Positions 30,941 through 40,401 of a DNA stretch of 64,000 nucleotides are shown here, in pieces. Each line of letters starts with the position of its first letter. Within the stretch, counting starts at the first letter, position 1. Source of the DNA: Bythopirellula sp. (GTDB lineage: Bacteria > Planctomycetota > Planctomycetia > Pirellulales > Lacipirellulaceae); NCBI GenBank assembly GCA_965216565.1, contig OZ244170.1, positions 4,704,001-4,768,000 of the forward strand, given 5' to 3'. Under the pieces are notes generated by a model. That model searched no databases, had not been told where the DNA came from, and saw only the letters and a list, made by a program, of their open reading frames with translations. Position numbers and translations under genes: made by a program.

Positions 30941-31930
30941 CTAGGAACGCAGGGTTGTGAGAATCTCTCTGACAACCCGATAGGGGTCGGCGTTGGAAGC
31001 CGGTCGGCGATCTTCCAGATAACCCTTCCAGCCGTTTTGCACTGTGCCAATCGGAATGCGAATCGAAGCGCCACGATCACTGACGTCGTAGCTGAACTTC
31101 TCGATCGACTGGGTTTCGTGCAAACCGGTGAGGCGTTGTTCGTTATCGGAGCCATAGGCAGCGATGTGATCCTCGTGGCGTCCCCGGAACTTCTCGCAAA
31201 TGCCTTTGATTAGGTCCTCGCCACCTTCGTCGCGAATCGGCGTGGTGGAGAAGTTGGTGTGCATGCCACTACCATTCCAATCGCCCTGGATGGGCTTGGG
31301 ATGGAGTTCGATGGAAACGCCATATTTTTCGCCCGTGCGGTGCAACAGGTAACGCGATAGCCAAAGGTCATCGCAGGCGTCTTTGGCACCCTTGCCAAAC
31401 AACTGATATTCCCACTGGCCCTTCATCACCTCGGCATTGATGCCGGTGACGGATAGGCCTGCTTCCAAGCAAATGTCGAGATGCTCTTCGACAATGTCGC
31501 GGCCAACGCAATTGTTGAATCCAACCGAGCAGTAGTAAGGGCCCTGAGGTCCAGGGTAACCATCGGCAGGAAAGCCCAAAGGCTTGAAGCCGTTCATGAT
31601 GGTGTACTCTTGTTCGAATCCGAGCCACAGATCAGAATCGTCCTCGAAGCTGCCACGACCGTTGGAATTATGGGTCGAGCCATCAGCGTTAAGCACTTCG
31701 CATAGTACGAGCGAGGCTTCTTCGCGTGCGGGGTCGACGACCATTTTCACAGGTTTCAGCAAACAGTCGGAGGAACTTCCCTCGGCTTGCTCGGTGCTAC
31801 TTCCGTCAAACGACCAATCTGGGCAATCCTCTACTTTGGATGGCTGGCTGGACACGACTTTTGTTTTGCTGCGTAGGCTGGGCTCGGGTTGGTAGCCATC
31901 TAGCCATATGTACTCTAGCTTGTAACTCAT
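30941..31930 (-). CDS. glnII: Glutamine synthetase type II
   Basis: KLEYIWLDG, LRSKTK, WSFDGSST, GFEQEY, PGPQGPYYC, GINAEVMKGQWEYQ, GDWNGSGMH, RLTGLHET, EDRRPASNADPY; 329 aa. Confidence 0.95.
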   Translation of the reverse strand: MSYKLEYIWLDGYQPEPSLRSKTKVVSSQPSKVEDCPDWSFDGSSTEQAEGSSSDCLLKPVKMVVDPAREEASLVLCEVLNADGSTHNSNGRGSFEDDSDLWLGFEQEYTIMNGFKPLGFPADGYPGPQGPYYCSVGFNNCVGRDIVEEHLDICLEAGLSVTGINAEVMKGQWEYQLFGKGAKDACDDLWLSRYLLHRTGEKYGVSIELHPKPIQGDWNGSGMHTNFSTTPIRDEGGEDLIKGICEKFRGRHEDHIAAYGSDNEQRLTGLHETQSIEKFSYDVSDRGASIRIPIGTVQNGWKGYLEDRRPASNADPYRVVREILTTLRS

Positions 31931-32375
31931 CTTTCATTCGCTCCTTAGCAAATCGACCAAAAAATTGATTCCCTAAATGCCTGCTATCCATGACGGATTA
32001 GAACGTCGTCGCACGCTGCGAGTTTTGCCCGCAGACGTCTTAGTGACGACCCAGTGACAACAGTTTCGCCAATTGGGGTACCATCTACCAGCGACGGTCG
32101 ACTTGAATAGGTGTGAGCCGTCGGGCATTAAGCAAGCCCTCATCGTAAGAAGATTGTCCCCGTTCCGCTAGGTACTGGAGCAGAATTGGGGGCAAAAACG
32201 AGGGTCGCAGAAGGTGAATTCTGCATTGGAGGCTGACTGATGCGCCGGCCAAAATCGGTGTTCAGGTCGGAGACTCTACCGAAAACAGTCCGGTTAGGCC
32301 GACCTGAGCTTAGTTTTCCGCCAATCGTGTCCAGAGGCCCAGAAGGAAGCAGGACTCTCAACCCTATCAGCGAAT

Positions 32376-32391
32376 TGCAATCCTGGTGCCG
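32376..32391 (-). promoter_or_regulatory. Putative sigma-54 (-24/-12) promoter facing glnII-glnA
   Basis: Minus strand reads CGGCAC-CAGGA-TTGCA (GG-N10-GC); about 445 bp upstream of the glnII start. Confidence 0.55.
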
Positions 32392-32743
32392 TTTTTCCGC
32401 ACTATCCGACGCGTAGCAACGTAAACTATTAGCGTGCATGAGTTTGTGCTCAGAAAAGTCCCAGCAACGATAGCGCACTGATTAGGGACCACTGCCTGAG
32501 TTCCACGCATGGTCTGCTGACGCGACAGGCACGGCGGCTGTACTTCGACGTCGCTGAACATTGGTGTATGGTACAGGCAACAGCAGGAAGAGTTTCCGGA
32601 GAAGTTAACGGCTTGGGGAACGAAGTTGGCAGAGAAACATCGCAAATCGGACTTGGAAATGTGCATTCTAGAGAGGCAAATCTCGGTGATCTCCCCGTTT
32701 TCTCTACTTACGGTTGGCAAGGTTTGATTCCGGACTGCACACG

Positions 32744-33724
32744 ATGCCCAGCAAGCTGAAATTTATCCCCACGGCAACAACGTTTAAGCTGCTCGATCCG
32801 CTCGGCGTGGGAACGGTCGGGACCGTGTATCGCGCCGAAAGTCCGGATCTCTCCGAACAAGTTGCGGTGAAGTTACTTCATCCGACGATCGCGCACGACG
32901 AGAACATCGTTGAACGATTTCAGCGCGAAATCGTCATCATGGAACGGCTAAACCATCCGCATATCGTCCGTAACTATGGCGGCGGATTGATGGATGGTCA
33001 GTACTTCTATGCCATGGAGTTGCTAGGCCAAGGGTCGCTCAAGGAACGCATCAAACAACATGGGCCGCTACCATGGCCGCAAGCCGCCCTCTACGCAGCC
33101 CAAATTGCATCGGCCCTGCAGCACGCACACAATCATGGAATCATTCATCGCGATCTGAAAGCCAGCAATCTGTTCTTTGGAAAAGAAGGTCGTTTGATCT
33201 TAGGAGACTTCGGCATCGCGCGTGATACTCACGAAGCGGACGTCACGGGCGACGGCATCACGGTGGGCACCTATGCCTATATGTCACCCGAACAAATCTG
33301 TGCCGACAAAGACATTACCGGCCAGGCCGACTTGTATTCGTTAGGCTGTGTGATCTACGAGATGCTCACGGGCAAGCCGCCGTTTATGGGAGCGAATTTC
33401 GCTCAGATTTGGGATCAGCATCTTCACAGCCAACCGAAGAGCCTCAAGGAAAAGGCACCCGACTGCCCGCAGTGGCTGGAAGACCTGGTGATGAAGCTAT
33501 TGGAGAAAAAGCCCGAGCAACGTCCCTTCAACGCGCGGGCAGTTCAAGGCGAGATCAAAGAACATCTGATTGACGAGTTTGGACCCGACTTGGACAAACT
33601 CACGCAGGAATTGCCCCCATTGGAAGATGTGGCAGAGAAACCTCAATTCAACGTAAAACGCCTAGCGATCGGGCTCGCAGTGATCGCTGCGATTATCGCG
33701 GCGGTGGTGATGATGGATCGGTAA
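32744..33724 (+). CDS. Ser/Thr protein kinase (Hanks type) with C-terminal TM
   Basis: LGVGTVGTVY, VAVK, HRDLKASN, DFG, GTYAYMSPEQ, DLYSLG; start set at MPSK (the track ORF starts at 32714). Confidence 0.93.
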   Translation: MPSKLKFIPTATTFKLLDPLGVGTVGTVYRAESPDLSEQVAVKLLHPTIAHDENIVERFQREIVIMERLNHPHIVRNYGGGLMDGQYFYAMELLGQGSLKERIKQHGPLPWPQAALYAAQIASALQHAHNHGIIHRDLKASNLFFGKEGRLILGDFGIARDTHEADVTGDGITVGTYAYMSPEQICADKDITGQADLYSLGCVIYEMLTGKPPFMGANFAQIWDQHLHSQPKSLKEKAPDCPQWLEDLVMKLLEKKPEQRPFNARAVQGEIKEHLIDEFGPDLDKLTQELPPLEDVAEKPQFNVKRLAIGLAVIAAIIAAVVMMDR

Positions 33725-33842
33725 ACCATCTTTCGAGGTGTCCAGATTCGAAAAGATGCGCAGTCGCTCGAAGTCGCCGAGGAGTTTCACTTCGTCGCTG
33801 TTCTCTGCAGACATCAATCCCAAGAAAGCGAAGCACCTAAGG

Positions 33843-33929
33843 CCCCCTCTCCCAGGAATTGTCATCCGACTGTACTCTACCAGGAGAATTTGATGCCTCG
33901 ATAGATTTGGGAGAGGGCTGGGGTGAGGG
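33843..33929. repeat. BoxC-like purine/pyrimidine palindromic repeat
   Basis: CCCCCTCTCCCA ... TGGGAGAGGGCTGGGGTGAGGG; related copy at 53660-53700. Confidence 0.6.
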
Positions 33930-34058
33930 AGCCATCTCACAGCCTGCAATCGCTATGCAATTCGATCGCGACGAAGCGAGCCTGGCTGGGTGCCGTGGTC
34001 ACGCCGAACGGTATTGTATTTTTGAAAAGCCCGCGGCATGACGCCTGGCTGACGGATC

Positions 34059-35000
34059 TCAGTTGACGCTGGCCGCCGTTTCGCCGCCGTTCATGGTGCC
34101 TAACGCTTGGTAAATGCGGAGGTCGATGTCTTCGCTCACCGTGTGGACGCTGCCGTCGCAGAGTAAGAATTGTGATAGCCCAGCGTGGGAAGCGGAGACG
34201 TCGCGGTCGTCGCTGTCCGAGGCGTTGGGAGTGTGCCCCGTTTGGAACAACACCATGTGGCCATGGTCGTCGGTCGATTCGTCGATGTCGCGGACTGCGC
34301 CGATCCAGGTGGTTTCATATTCCGTGTGGCTGCCGTTGACTCCAGCGGTGCGGAAGGGTCCGTTTTGCCGCTCGCCGACCATCAGTGTTTGCGACGTGCC
34401 GTCGGTAATCTCCGACAGCTTGGTTTGGCTATTGCGATAGAACGGTCCCCACGGGCCCTCATAGGTACCTAGTCCGGGAGCGACTTCGAGGCTTTCGCCG
34501 GCTTGGACTTGATCTAGGTCGAGATCGGGCACGCCGAAGTTGGCGACATAACATGCCATTGCGTAGCTTTCGTCTCCCATCTCGACAAAGCCGGTGGGCG
34601 AGACATCGTCGGTGGGACAGAGCAGTGTGCTGATGTGCTCGGCACGTACAATTTCGTTGATCGGGTCGTAAATTGGCTTGTTGAAGTCGATTCGATCGTA
34701 GAGATTACCGAGCTCCATGAACGGAAGAATCCGGGCACCCCAGGAATAGCCAAGTTGGTTACCCTCGCTGCCCAATTCGTACTCGTAGCCGGGTGGGAGT
34801 GATTTGAACGAAATTTCGTAATTGTGCATCGCCACGCCAACCTGCTTCAGATTGTTCTTGCAGGTATTGCGACGGGCGGCCTCGCGAGCAGATTGCACGG
34901 CCGGGAGCAGCAGGGCCACCAACACGCCAATGATGGCGATCACTACCAACAACTCGACCAGCGTAAAGCCACGATTTTTACTGGGGGGGAGATTCTTCAT
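34059..35000 (-). CDS. DUF1559 family prepilin-type protein
   Basis: GFTLVELLVVIAIIGVLVALLLPAVQSAREAARR, CPTD, ITDGTSQTLMVGE, H-AGLSQFLLC-DG; start at MKNLP (35000). Confidence 0.93.
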   Translation of the reverse strand: MKNLPPSKNRGFTLVELLVVIAIIGVLVALLLPAVQSAREAARRNTCKNNLKQVGVAMHNYEISFKSLPPGYEYELGSEGNQLGYSWGARILPFMELGNLYDRIDFNKPIYDPINEIVRAEHISTLLCPTDDVSPTGFVEMGDESYAMACYVANFGVPDLDLDQVQAGESLEVAPGLGTYEGPWGPFYRNSQTKLSEITDGTSQTLMVGERQNGPFRTAGVNGSHTEYETTWIGAVRDIDESTDDHGHMVLFQTGHTPNASDSDDRDVSASHAGLSQFLLCDGSVHTVSEDIDLRIYQALGTMNGGETAASVN

Positions 35001-35235
35001 CTTGTTCCTGGGATGCCTCCTCGGGATGGCTATGTTCGTGTCCGTGGCCGGTGAATTCGTCGTCTTGATGCTCGTGTTCGTGCGAAACGTCCACACTGTG
35101 CACGTGATAATGCTCGTGCGAGTCTTCAAGCATGACCGAATCGTCGCTGCCACGCTTGTGGTCTTGGGGATCGGTTTTGCTACATCCTATTACGAAGAGA
35201 AATGAAGCGGCGATGCAAAATTTCGGCCAATACAT
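34978..35235 (-). CDS. Small His/Asp/Glu-rich putative lipoprotein (85 aa, 12 His)
   Basis: Lipobox-like FVIGC; GGAG Shine-Dalgarno 8 nt upstream; HEHYHVH, HEHEH and HGHEHSH tracts; overlaps the DUF1559 start by 23 nt. Confidence 0.75.
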   Translation of the reverse strand: MYWPKFCIAASFLFVIGCSKTDPQDHKRGSDDSVMLEDSHEHYHVHSVDVSHEHEHQDDEFTGHGHEHSHPEEASQEQDEESPPQ

Positions 35236-35413
35236 ACAAGTTACTCCTGCTCAGAAGAGACTTCTGTGCAATGGCTTACAAGCCATAGTTACACCATCAG
35301 GCCACAAGACAACCCTGTCATATTATCAATTTGGTGCCAGCACGTCTGCTGTCGACAATCTTCCGAGTCTCAATAGACGTTCTCTGCGGCCCGAAACCCG
35401 ATATAAATAGTGC

Positions 35414-36073
35414 ATGGGAGAATACGAGTTTCGAGACAATTTGGTCACGCTGGCGACATTCCAATCTGCCACCGAAGCGATGATGCTAAAATCTCGCCTA
35501 GAGGTCGATGGAATTGCCGCCCAGGTCGATGGCGACGTAGCAGCCACCGCTCTCAATCACATCGGGGCAGGGTTGGTCAGTACACGCGTGGTCGTGCGGC
35601 AGGGAGATTTGACTCGGGCCCGAGAGGTGCTCGAGAATATCCGCCCACTCAGCGAAGACGAAGCGTTACCCGACCACGGCGGAGAGGACTATTCAGAAGA
35701 TTTAGGGTATGACACCGACGAGGACTACTATGCCGACGACTGGTCGGGAGAAGACTGGGCAGATGACGAGGAGGACGATGATGAATGGGAAGAAGATGGC
35801 TGGGAAGAAAACGACGAACCTTACAGCGAAGAACCCCACGTCACACCGCCGGTGAAGCGCGCCTTTCGGGCCGCGGTGATTGGGGCCTTTCTATTGCCAC
35901 CCCTGCTTACGATCTATTCGCTGGCAATCATCTTTCGGCATCGGCTCTGGGAACCGGCCGAGGGCGAGGACGACGTCGACTGGCGAGTGTATGCCAGCTT
36001 TTTGTTTCACATCATTGGTTTGCTCTTTGCTTGGTGGTTGTTTGGCTCGCCCAAATCTTGGCTAGAAAATTAG
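35414..36073 (+). CDS. DUF2007-like membrane protein with acidic linker
   Basis: LVTLATF...EAMMLKSRLEVDGI...VVVRQGDLTRAREVL N-domain, D/E-rich middle, two C-terminal TMs. Confidence 0.72.
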   Translation: MGEYEFRDNLVTLATFQSATEAMMLKSRLEVDGIAAQVDGDVAATALNHIGAGLVSTRVVVRQGDLTRAREVLENIRPLSEDEALPDHGGEDYSEDLGYDTDEDYYADDWSGEDWADDEEDDDEWEEDGWEENDEPYSEEPHVTPPVKRAFRAAVIGAFLLPPLLTIYSLAIIFRHRLWEPAEGEDDVDWRVYASFLFHIIGLLFAWWLFGSPKSWLEN

Positions 36074-36161
36074 CCGTGGTGGTATCGGCTGAAATCTAGC
36101 CGGCTCGCCAATTCTAGAACCTCTGCTTGCTATCGCGATCGGAGGGCCTTAGGTTTGTGTC

Positions 36162-37478
36162 ATGCCGGGCCGGAGATCTCAACGCCGCAAGCTGATGAAT
36201 CGCTTCTATCTGAATGGGGCGCTCTGGGGACTCGGCAATGGGTTGGTGAGTTCGGCACTGATCGTTTATCTGGCAACGTCTTATGGTGTGCAGCGAGGAT
36301 TCTACACCAGTTTGATTATTGCGGCCCCTCGATTCGTGGGCGTACTGCGCCTGGGCACTCCGCTGTGGATTGCGAGGGTTGGCAACACACAAAGATTTTG
36401 CGTTGCCAGTTTCCTAGCAGCCAGCGCTATTCTTCTATTGCTCCCTGTCGCTACGGTACCAGGTACGCTACCAAGCGTGCGCATGTCTCTGATAACGCTG
36501 GTGACTTTGTGGACGCTGTATCACTTGGCGGAGTATTTTGGCATCGTGTCCCTGTGGGCTTGGATAGGGCAGGCTGTGCCCGGGGCGATTCGAGGTCGGT
36601 TTATCGGTCGGCGTTTGGCATTCTTAAACGCTTGCCAAGTGGTGAGCATGGTTCTCAGCGGTTGGGGAAACATCGAGTGGCGAGAGTACTGTAACGAGGC
36701 TGGACGTCCCGATGACTATTGGTATGGCTATGTTTTTTGCATCAGCTTAGGCGCATTGCTACTGGCGTGTGCTGTGTGGCCCTTAGCGAAGGCACCCGCT
36801 TTCGCGATCAAGCCGGCAACGGCGCGGGTTTCGGTTGCCATTCGTAGTATTTTTGCACCCTACGCGGACCGAGCGTATTGGCGGTTTCTTATCTATGGCG
36901 CGTGGTTTTCTTTGTCGAATGGACTCCCGTACACGGCTACCTTGTTGTACCGCATTCAAATATTAAATATCCCTTACGGCGTGCATCTCGCTATGGATGG
37001 CACGTCGCAAGGTGTACAGTCTGCAGTGATGCCGTGGGCTGGCAAGTCATTGGACCGTTGGGGTGGCGTGCCGGTGCTGACGATTTCGCAAATTTTGGTG
37101 GCGTTGAGCATGGTGTTTTTTCTGCTTGCCACGCCGGAGGCCAGATGGTGGATCGTGGGGGCCTATGTCATGTGGATCGCTTATGCCGGCGTCAACACTG
37201 CGATGCCCAAGCTGATGCTGGCGTTCAGTCCCAAAGGCCAGTACGCGGCCTACTCTGCCGCGTGGTTTGCTTGGCTGGAATTGATCTATGGGATGACAAC
37301 TTTGGTAGGGGGATTGTTGTACGACTCGATGAAGGAAAATTTCGCGCCAATCAGCATTGGATCTTGGGAGATCGACCACTTTGCAGCCCTGTTTCTTTTG
37401 GGGCTGTTCTTGCGACTGACTGCTGGCTTGTGGGCAAGCCTGATCCGAGAGCCGCAGCAGGTTGGCTCTGCTTCGTAG
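36162..37478 (+). CDS. MFS transporter
   Basis: About 11-12 hydrophobic segments; VPGAIRGRFIGRR and GKSLDRWG loop motifs. Confidence 0.8.
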   Translation: MPGRRSQRRKLMNRFYLNGALWGLGNGLVSSALIVYLATSYGVQRGFYTSLIIAAPRFVGVLRLGTPLWIARVGNTQRFCVASFLAASAILLLLPVATVPGTLPSVRMSLITLVTLWTLYHLAEYFGIVSLWAWIGQAVPGAIRGRFIGRRLAFLNACQVVSMVLSGWGNIEWREYCNEAGRPDDYWYGYVFCISLGALLLACAVWPLAKAPAFAIKPATARVSVAIRSIFAPYADRAYWRFLIYGAWFSLSNGLPYTATLLYRIQILNIPYGVHLAMDGTSQGVQSAVMPWAGKSLDRWGGVPVLTISQILVALSMVFFLLATPEARWWIVGAYVMWIAYAGVNTAMPKLMLAFSPKGQYAAYSAAWFAWLELIYGMTTLVGGLLYDSMKENFAPISIGSWEIDHFAALFLLGLFLRLTAGLWASLIREPQQVGSAS

Positions 37479-37602
37479 GCTCACATCCTGTAAAAAGCGG
37501 GTTTCCACTAGCAGTTGGCCCCTTTCATCCTTACCGGGACAAGTATAATGAGGGTTTTCCGTCAACAAAAAATGGCGTTCAGCCAGTTTGCTACCTTTTC
37601 CC

Positions 37603-39336
37603 ATGGCTCACTCTGTCACGAATCGAATTCTCGTTCTAATCACCTTGGTGTGTTGTGGGCTTTTGCAACTTGGTTGCGAGCGTTCGATGGCACCCTCGGC
37701 AGCTCAAGCAGAAGCTCCTCCGAGTAGAACTGATTCGAGTAAAACTGAAACGAGTAGAACTGAACCGATCGTAACTGCATCAAAGCCTGCGATCGATCAT
37801 GCCGGCGTTGCCAAATCAAAGATACGCAATGTGATTGTGATCGTCGGCGATGGCATGGGCCCCCAGCAGCTAGGGCTGTTGTTTGCTTACTCGCATCTAG
37901 CCCCCAACTCTGTGGTAGCCGACCGTACTCCAGCCGTGGAGTTGCTCAGCCAAGATAGCACGATTGGTTTGGTGCGCACCGAGCCTTATGGAGGCATCGT
38001 GGTCGACTCGGCCGCCTCCGCAACTCAATTGGCCACAGGCGAGATGGCGGGATCGGAAATGATCGGTGCCAACTACAACGGCGACGCCGTGCCAACTGTG
38101 TTAGAGATTGCCAAAGAGTCTGGCAAAGCGACGGGACTGGTCTCCGATACGCGGATCACCCATGCCACCCCCGCCTCGTTCGCCGCGCATCAGCCACATA
38201 GGACGCGGGAAAATGAAATTGCAGTCGACATGCTCGAAAACCGAGTCGATGTGATGCTCAGTGGTGGGCTCAGAAATTGGGTGCCGGAGCTAGTGAACGA
38301 AGACAAGTCACCGACGCAAATGTCGATCATTCAAATGATCGGCGGAGCCTTTCGTCCCTCTTCCAAGCGGCAAGACAATCGCAATCTCCTCCTGGAAGCC
38401 CGCGAAGATTACCAATTGGCGTTCGACCGCGACCAGCTTGAGAAAGTTAAGGAAGGCCGTCTGCTGGGACTGTTTGCCGACTCGGCCATGGACGATGCAA
38501 TCTCCGTGCGAGACATTGCTGATGAAGATCGCAAGGAACCCACTCTAGCGGAGATGACTTCCAAGGCATTGGAATTACTTTCTCAGGATCCGGACGGGTT
38601 TTTCCTGATGGTTGAGTCGGGGCAAATCGACTGGTGCGGCCACAACAACGACGCTGGTAGTATGCTACAGGAACTCTTGCGGCTTGATGCCGCAGTGCGG
38701 GTGATTTACGAGTGGGCCAAAGATCGCGACGACACGGTAGTCGTGTTGACTGCCGACCACGAGACGGGGTCGTTTGGTTTTAGTTACTCAGGTTCCCCAC
38801 TGCCTGAGCCCGCCGATAAGGAAGGCCAGCTGTTTAGCGATAGCCAATTTCAACCACAGTTTAACTTCGCGGATCCTATTGTCCTCGATCAACTGTACGA
38901 CCAGCGTCGCAGTTACTTCAAAATCTTCTTAGAGTTTGATTCTCTCAGAGAAGAAGAAAAGACACCCGAGAAGCTGTTGGAAATAGTCAATGCGGGAATT
39001 GCACCGTTTACGATCACTCTTGAGGATGCCAAGCTGCTGTTAGAACGAGTGGCCAATAAACAGTATGCGGAGGGTCACAGCTATCTGGGCACAGAAACGT
39101 TGCCCTTAATTCCCGGTCAGGAATCATTCTACGTCTACGGCGAAAATATTCGCATGAATCATCTGGGCCACATCATTGGCTCGCAGCAGAATGTCGTTTG
39201 GGGAACGGGGACGCATACGAATACACCAGTCGTTTTAATTGCGAATGGGCCTTCCAGGGCAACGAAGCGATTCTCTGGCCTCATGCACATGACCGACGTC
39301 GGCAAAGCATTGATATCGCTGGTACGCGGCGAGTAA
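37603..39336 (+). CDS. Alkaline phosphatase (PhoA family), probable lipoprotein
   Basis: NVIVIVGDGMG, VDSAASAT (catalytic Ser), THATPA, ESGQIDWCGH, TADHETG, THT. Confidence 0.9.
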   Translation: MAHSVTNRILVLITLVCCGLLQLGCERSMAPSAAQAEAPPSRTDSSKTETSRTEPIVTASKPAIDHAGVAKSKIRNVIVIVGDGMGPQQLGLLFAYSHLAPNSVVADRTPAVELLSQDSTIGLVRTEPYGGIVVDSAASATQLATGEMAGSEMIGANYNGDAVPTVLEIAKESGKATGLVSDTRITHATPASFAAHQPHRTRENEIAVDMLENRVDVMLSGGLRNWVPELVNEDKSPTQMSIIQMIGGAFRPSSKRQDNRNLLLEAREDYQLAFDRDQLEKVKEGRLLGLFADSAMDDAISVRDIADEDRKEPTLAEMTSKALELLSQDPDGFFLMVESGQIDWCGHNNDAGSMLQELLRLDAAVRVIYEWAKDRDDTVVVLTADHETGSFGFSYSGSPLPEPADKEGQLFSDSQFQPQFNFADPIVLDQLYDQRRSYFKIFLEFDSLREEEKTPEKLLEIVNAGIAPFTITLEDAKLLLERVANKQYAEGHSYLGTETLPLIPGQESFYVYGENIRMNHLGHIIGSQQNVVWGTGTHTNTPVVLIANGPSRATKRFSGLMHMTDVGKALISLVRGE

Positions 39337-39445
39337 AAAGCCTTTCCCGCTAGAGTCAGAGCATGCAGGCGTGGCACTCTTTTCCGCATGGCGTATAATT
39401 AAAAGTCACCAGCACCCCAACCTTTTCTAGCCCGTCATTGATGCA

Positions 39446-39607
39446 ATGCCAACGTTTGGTCCAGACCCAGTAGTCGAAGTTTATAAACGCGATGTTGACC
39501 GATCGTTATTGCGTGAGAACCTACGCATGACGATCGAGGAGAGGATTAGACAACACGACCGCATTGCACGAATGGCTGCTGAATTGCAAAAGGCGAAGTC
39601 TAAGTGA
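39446..39607 (+). CDS. 53-aa putative antitoxin-like partner (absent from the ORF track)
   Basis: Translated by hand: MPTFGPDPVVEVYKRDVDRSLLRENLRMTIEERIRQHDRIARMAAELQKAKSK; its TGA overlaps the next gene's GTG (GTGA). Confidence 0.7.
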   Translation: MPTFGPDPVVEVYKRDVDRSLLRENLRMTIEERIRQHDRIARMAAELQKAKSK

Positions 39608-40107
39608 GTAACGAGTCTTCTAGCAGAATTGTGGGGCTCTTAGAAACACTGTTGCAGTCTGAAGTAGAGTTCATTCTTGTAGGTGGTGTCGCAGCGATTG
39701 TGCATGGTTCAGCGCGTTTGACTTTTGATATCGATCTAGTTTATCGTCGTTCTCACGAAAATAACCAGCGGCTCGTAACTGCTCTGAAAGATCTACAGCC
39801 CTATTTGCGTGGCGCACCAGCAGGACTGCCTTTTCGATGGGACCTTGAGACAATCGAACGTGGTTTGAACTTTACTCTTTCAACAAGTTTGGGCCCACTC
39901 GATCTATTGGCAGAAATTCCTGGTGGCAACTATAAGGTGCTGTTGCCTCATTCTGAAGAAATCGAAATCTACGGATTAAATTGCTATTGCCTCAGTCTGG
40001 AAAAACTAATTGAGGTGAAGCGAGCAGCTGGTCGTCCGAAGGACTTGGAAACAATTGCCGAACTTGAAGCTCTGCTTGAAGAGCGGGACAATTCCTATGA
40101 AGAATAG
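39604..40107 (+). CDS. Nucleotidyltransferase-fold protein (DUF6036/AbiEii-like)
   Basis: FILVGGVAAIVHGSARLTFDIDL (GG...DxD), LIEVKRAAGRPKDL. Confidence 0.82.
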   Translation: MSNESSSRIVGLLETLLQSEVEFILVGGVAAIVHGSARLTFDIDLVYRRSHENNQRLVTALKDLQPYLRGAPAGLPFRWDLETIERGLNFTLSTSLGPLDLLAEIPGGNYKVLLPHSEEIEIYGLNCYCLSLEKLIEVKRAAGRPKDLETIAELEALLEERDNSYEE

Positions 40108-40146
40108 GGATAAATACCGAGGATTGTGAAGCGGTTTTAGGAATCA

Positions 40147-40227
40147 ATGCGCCGAACGCACTAGCGTAGGCTAGTATCGGAGTGATACCTAGACTTACGC
40201 TACTCGCGGCTAGCGCCGTCGGCTCAC
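40147..40227. repeat. REP doublet (TGAGCCG family), copy 2
   Basis: ATGCGCCGAACGCACTAGC ... CGCGGCTAGCGCCGTCGGCTCAC inverted arms around an internal hairpin. Confidence 0.6.
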
Positions 40228-40401
40228 GCAGAACGTTTTTTGATTTTTGAAACAAGTGCTAGTTAGAATGAGATGATACAGTTGGCTTCACTACGAAGTT
40301 CGTACGCAAGTCCGGAACTAATGTGCTACGGCGGTGTTCAATAGTTATCCCAGCCCGTATCTGGGAAACATCCGACGTTTTTCAACGAGGGAACTATACC
40401 G

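Noticed and set aside
35001..35153. N-terminal extension of the DUF1559 ORF
   Set aside because: Prepilin leaders are short, and this stretch is better explained by the His-rich lipoprotein in another frame
35324..35339. Sigma-54 promoter (TGGCAC on the minus strand) upstream of the His-rich gene
   Set aside because: No GC at the required 10-nt spacing
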